Source of the DNA: a virus
Taxonomy: Duplodnaviria; Caudoviricetes
Length of the DNA stretch: 27,589 nt
Virus record (IMG/VR): IMGVR_UViG_3300037308_000286
Location: 1-27,589 of that record
Strand: one strand, 5' to 3'
Part shown: positions 23,628 through 27,589 of the stretch, one piece after another
Layout: the number at the start of each line of letters is the position of its first letter
Position numbering within the stretch: position 1 is the first letter of the stretch
Notes under the pieces: model-generated
The model's database searches: none
Told to the model about the DNA's origin: nothing
Seen by the model: the letters and a program-made list of their open reading frames with translations, nothing else
Program-made: the position numbers and the translations under genes

Positions 23628-26600
23628 TGAAAAAAGTTTCTTTAAGCGTTTTCCTTATAGGTTTTATTGTTTTAGTAATTTGTGGATCTGGGCATCCTTC
23701 CACTCATATTGCTAGTGATTGTAATGTGGCAACAATACAAGCAATTATTGACACAGCTTCTGCTGGAGATACTATTAGTGTACCTGCCGGCGCGTGTACT
23801 TGGAACACTACGTTAAATGTAACAAAAGCGGTTACCATTATTGGGGCGGGTTCGGGATCTAGTACAACATGCAATTCGAGCACATCTACCTGTATTACTA
23901 GCAATATAACAGCTAATACCAACAGAGAAGATCCGACGAACTATATGATTTCTATTTATCATAGTTCTACATATGCGAGCAGTTACAATATTCTTACAAG
24001 AATATCCGGGCTCTGGCTCGATCAAGCGAGAAAGTCGTGTGGTATCTTTGTAAGAAATTATAGTGCAACGTACCCCATGACAAAATTGAGGATAGATAAT
24101 AATATTATCTATCAAAACAAAGTAACGGAAGGACTTTCTTACTTAACTTCCTTATTCATTTACGGTTTTGTAGAGGGTGTGGTTGACAACAATAAATTTA
24201 TCAGTAGCGACCCTTATATAATGGTTTATGGATGGAATGATAACTCATGGTGGAGACTTTCTGGTGTTGATGTAGGAAAAGAGAAAGCAGTTTTCTTTGA
24301 AGACAATTTATTTGAAAAGGATTATTCAGAAGGTTCATGGGACGATAATGCACCGAGTATTGCCATAGCTTCAGGCGGAAGTGCTGTAGTTAGATATAAT
24401 AACTTTAAGATAAGTGTTCAGAGACCCGGTGGTGAAACGTACATGGATTGTGCGTTTCAAAATCACGGTAATAATACTGTTAATTCGTTTTCAGCAAGGA
24501 TCGGTGAGTTTTACGGAAATAAGTTAGTTGATGATTATAACCATGCTTGGAGGCTATATCAGTTAAGGGGCGGGAAAAATATGATGTTTTATAATCATCT
24601 TACTACTGCAGCCACAGGGCTTTATTATAACGTTATGGAGTGGGAGGAATCGGCAGGAAGGGCATCTGATATAAATAGTCCTGTCCAAGGTTATTGTCCT
24701 AATGCTGATGCAAGGTTGTGGCCAACTGACTTATGTAAAAGTGAAGCTTGGTATAACGATGTTTTAACTGCACCAAGATCTACAGCAAATTGTTATTCAT
24801 GCGGGAGAAATAATACAGGAGATTCTAATACTGCCCAGCCTCAGCATGTATGGAAAAACTATTTTTGGAGTAATAGGTACGGTACAAGTAACACCTTATT
24901 TGATGTTCGTAATACTACGTCTTTTTCTTCATATCAGGATAAGCAGATAGTTGATAATGTTCATTTCTTTGCTGATAAACAAGGACAAACTTTTACAGGT
25001 ATACTTACTCTAGGAACGGGGAGCAGTGTGACAGATTCACCGGGAGTAGGATGCGGACCGTCTGTACCAACAGGTAGTTGTACTACGGGGGCAGCGTATT
25101 GGGTAACATCTCAGTCCTGCAGCGAAGTTCCTTCAAGTAATATTGGGGCGCAATCTCCTATAGGTTCAAGAACAGCAACTAATATAATTACTGGGACCTT
25201 GTATCGGTGTTCTGATAATACATGGACGGCTTATTATACCCCGTATATGTATCCTCATCCATTGCGGGCTGCGGGGTTAATGACTGACACGACAAACTCA
25301 AATTATTTTAAGGATGTTAAAGGAAACACTGTTTGGTTATCTGGGCATCATACTTGGGCAAATTTACAAGATATTAGTGTTAACGGAGACGGTGCTATAT
25401 TTAATTGGAGTTCTTATATAACATCACTTAAAAACAATGGTATGAATCATATTCGTTTATGGACAGGCCTGTTGCCGAGGTCTGTTTGTGGAACAGGCAC
25501 GGAGATCGTAACGCTGTTTCCTTGGAATAGGTCAACGACATGTTGTGCAAGAGATGGTGGCAATAAGTTCGACCTTACTAGTTTTAATTCATCTTATTTT
25601 TCAAGATTAGCAAGTAGGGTAGCTGATGCTCAAGCTAACGGTATTTATGTGAGTATCATGCTCTTTGAGGGGTATGCATTTCAGTTTTGTAGATTAGATG
25701 ACGATGATGGTGCTGGAGATGCCTACCCATTTTCAGGAGATAACAATATTAATGGTATAAGCGACGGGTTTGTATATGACGATAACGGAACAAAGTCTGG
25801 TGTAAATTCCATGAAAGCCCCAGGTGAATCTGGGTATGTAGCAGCAATATTTAATGCTCAAAAAGCTTACATAGACAAGGTTATTGAAACAGTAGATTCC
25901 TATGATAATGTTCTTTATGAAATAGCAAATGAGGCAGGTGGAGCGTCTAATGCTTGGCAAGATGCTTTAATCGCTTATTTAAAGACAAAGACTACAAAGC
26001 CGATTGGAAAGACTTTTGCTTATTCTGGCGGTACTGATGCTCAATTAACAAGTAGCTCTGCTGATTGGGTGTCTTTTGGTGGTTCAACATATCAATACAC
26101 AGTTTCTAGCGTACCTACAGCTCCAGGAACTAAGGTATCTATCTTAGATACTGACCATCTCGGAGGTGGCGGATCTAGTGTTACAGCTAGTTATCTATGG
26201 AAAGCATTTACAAGAGGGCACAATCTTATTCTTATGCAAAATTCCATAGAGGATTCTACTGGAAATAGAGTTTCTCAAAGGGCGGCTTTATCTCAAATGA
26301 GAACGTATGTTAATAAAATAGATTTGAAGAATATGCAGCCTCTTGGGGTTATGTCGTCAACAGGATATTCGTTAGAGAAAGCAGGAGAGGAATATTTAAT
26401 TTATCAGCCAGCAAATGCTAGTTTTTCTGTCAATTTGTCAGGAATTTCTAGTGTTTTTTCTGTGGAATGGTTAAACGTAGCAACTGGAGCAACTACGACT
26501 GGGTCTGATATTTCGGGCGGGGGATCTGTATCAATGTCATACCCTAGTCCGTCAACTAATACTGAAGGAGTGGTCTTATATTTAAAAAAGAAAAGTGTAT

Positions 26601-27589
26601 CTGGACCAACAACACATACAGCCGCATCATGTTCTGATTCAGATATTCGTTCAAAAATAAGTATTGCGTCACGCGGTGATACTATAATGGTTCCGCCAGG
26701 CAGCTGTTCTTGGACAGCTCCTGTGGTGTTAGATAAAGCAGTTTCTGTTGTAGGATCGGGAAGCAACGGCTTAGATTGTGGCACAAGTACTTGTATTACT
26801 TCAAACCTTAAGAATGCTGGTATCTCAATATCCATAACAAGATCTGGGAGCATTGCTACGGTAACGCAAACTGCCCACGGGTTAAGTAGCGGGCAGATTG
26901 TATATATATCAGGAGCAACGCAACCAGAGTATAATGGGCAGAAAACGGTAACGGTAACAGGAACAAATACATATACTTTTACGGTAAGCGGTACTCCGGC
27001 ATCCCCAGCAACAGGATCACCAACCGTTGGATATCGAAAAGGATTACATCTTTTTAGAGTTGATCTCCCCTCGTCAGATTATAATACCTTGGCTAGAGTA
27101 AGTAACTTTTACATAGACTTGGATGCATGGTCAGAGGCATGGTTAGCAACCGGGCCGGTGAACTCTTCCTCTTACCCAACTAAGATTCGATTGGATAATA
27201 CATATATAACAAACTTTCCAAATCTTTGCGGGAACGCAACATCTGCCACAGATTCTGGTATAATGACGAGTGGTTGGATTGAGGGAGTTATTGATAATAA
27301 TACATTTGATATAAGTTATATCAGTACAGGTACTTGTGAAGCGGCATATACAGCCAGATGGGGTAACACATGGAAGGCGTGCCCTGTAGGAGCAACAGAC
27401 TCTAAATGTTTAAGTACGACGTATTTTATGCCGTGGACGGTAGGGTCTTCAAAGAATATATTTTTTGAAGATAATCTCTTTAAGTTTGATTCGTATATGC
27501 AGGTACTACTTGCTGGTCAAGGTGCATCTTTTGTAGCACGATATAACACCTTTGATTATTCAAAAGCTCCTAGTTATTTCTATACGAAT
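23627..27589 (+). CDS. Large exported multidomain protein (>1321 aa, 3'-truncated): beta-helix, GH-A-like TIM barrel, beta-sandwich, second beta-helix
   Basis: Hand translation from ATG 23627 (TAATG overlap; MKKVSLSVFLIGFIVLVICG) stays open to the window end. It contains IQAIIDTASAGDTISVPAG, NHIRLW, KFDLTSFNSSYFSRL, VLYEIANE, VEWLNVATG and ASRGDTIMVPPG. It is absent from the track, presumably because it has no stop in the window. Confidence 0.85.
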   Translation, partial: MKKVSLSVFLIGFIVLVICGSGHPSTHIASDCNVATIQAIIDTASAGDTISVPAGACTWNTTLNVTKAVTIIGAGSGSSTTCNSSTSTCITSNITANTNREDPTNYMISIYHSSTYASSYNILTRISGLWLDQARKSCGIFVRNYSATYPMTKLRIDNNIIYQNKVTEGLSYLTSLFIYGFVEGVVDNNKFISSDPYIMVYGWNDNSWWRLSGVDVGKEKAVFFEDNLFEKDYSEGSWDDNAPSIAIASGGSAVVRYNNFKISVQRPGGETYMDCAFQNHGNNTVNSFSARIGEFYGNKLVDDYNHAWRLYQLRGGKNMMFYNHLTTAATGLYYNVMEWEESAGRASDINSPVQGYCPNADARLWPTDLCKSEAWYNDVLTAPRSTANCYSCGRNNTGDSNTAQPQHVWKNYFWSNRYGTSNTLFDVRNTTSFSSYQDKQIVDNVHFFADKQGQTFTGILTLGTGSSVTDSPGVGCGPSVPTGSCTTGAAYWVTSQSCSEVPSSNIGAQSPIGSRTATNIITGTLYRCSDNTWTAYYTPYMYPHPLRAAGLMTDTTNSNYFKDVKGNTVWLSGHHTWANLQDISVNGDGAIFNWSSYITSLKNNGMNHIRLWTGLLPRSVCGTGTEIVTLFPWNRSTTCCARDGGNKFDLTSFNSSYFSRLASRVADAQANGIYVSIMLFEGYAFQFCRLDDDDGAGDAYPFSGDNNINGISDGFVYDDNGTKSGVNSMKAPGESGYVAAIFNAQKAYIDKVIETVDSYDNVLYEIANEAGGASNAWQDALIAYLKTKTTKPIGKTFAYSGGTDAQLTSSSADWVSFGGSTYQYTVSSVPTAPGTKVSILDTDHLGGGGSSVTASYLWKAFTRGHNLILMQNSIEDSTGNRVSQRAALSQMRTYVNKIDLKNMQPLGVMSSTGYSLEKAGEEYLIYQPANASFSVNLSGISSVFSVEWLNVATGATTTGSDISGGGSVSMSYPSPSTNTEGVVLYLKKKSVSGPTTHTAASCSDSDIRSKISIASRGDTIMVPPGSCSWTAPVVLDKAVSVVGSGSNGLDCGTSTCITSNLKNAGISISITRSGSIATVTQTAHGLSSGQIVYISGATQPEYNGQKTVTVTGTNTYTFTVSGTPASPATGSPTVGYRKGLHLFRVDLPSSDYNTLARVSNFYIDLDAWSEAWLATGPVNSSSYPTKIRLDNTYITNFPNLCGNATSATDSGIMTSGWIEGVIDNNTFDISYISTGTCEAAYTARWGNTWKACPVGATDSKCLSTTYFMPWTVGSSKNIFFEDNLFKFDSYMQVLLAGQGASFVARYNTFDYSKAPSYFYTN

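Noticed and set aside
22658-26853. Minus-strand ORFs 22658..23152, 23704..23922, 23813..24115, 25733..25960 and 26404..26853
   Set aside because: Antisense to the two long + strand genes.
1-27589. Stop-codon reassignment, tRNA or rRNA genes
   Set aside because: Genes are full length in the standard code and use TAA, TAG and TGA as stops; no cloverleaf or rRNA-like sequence was recognised by eye.

Overview
This window reads as a segment of a tailed phage or prophage genome; the host cannot be determined from the sequence. The left ~4.4 kb is a minus-strand arm of short hypothetical genes separated by GC-rich hairpins. It includes a pair of paralogous 160-aa genes with duplicated leaders, a repeat- and palindrome-rich non-coding stretch, and a DEDD/RNase H-like exonuclease. 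From 4722 all genes are on the + strand and tightly coupled: a TerS-like gene, an HNH endonuclease, three Cys-nucleophile hydrolases, a PBSX-type large terminase interrupted by a LAGLIDADG intein, a portal fused to a Mu gpF/SPP1 gp7-like domain, a TIGR02594 cell-wall hydrolase, and small membrane or lipoproteins. An 8-gene glycan synthesis and modification cluster follows (glycosyltransferases, DegT aminotransferase, GNAT, SAM methyltransferase), then two large signal-peptide proteins. The second (23627 to the window end, absent from the ORF track) contains beta-helix, GH-A-like and second beta-helix domains. The best candidate for a new system is a phage-encoded glycosylation module next to exported proteins, placed where capsid genes would normally follow the portal. 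All family calls are from motif recognition by eye; no searches were run.
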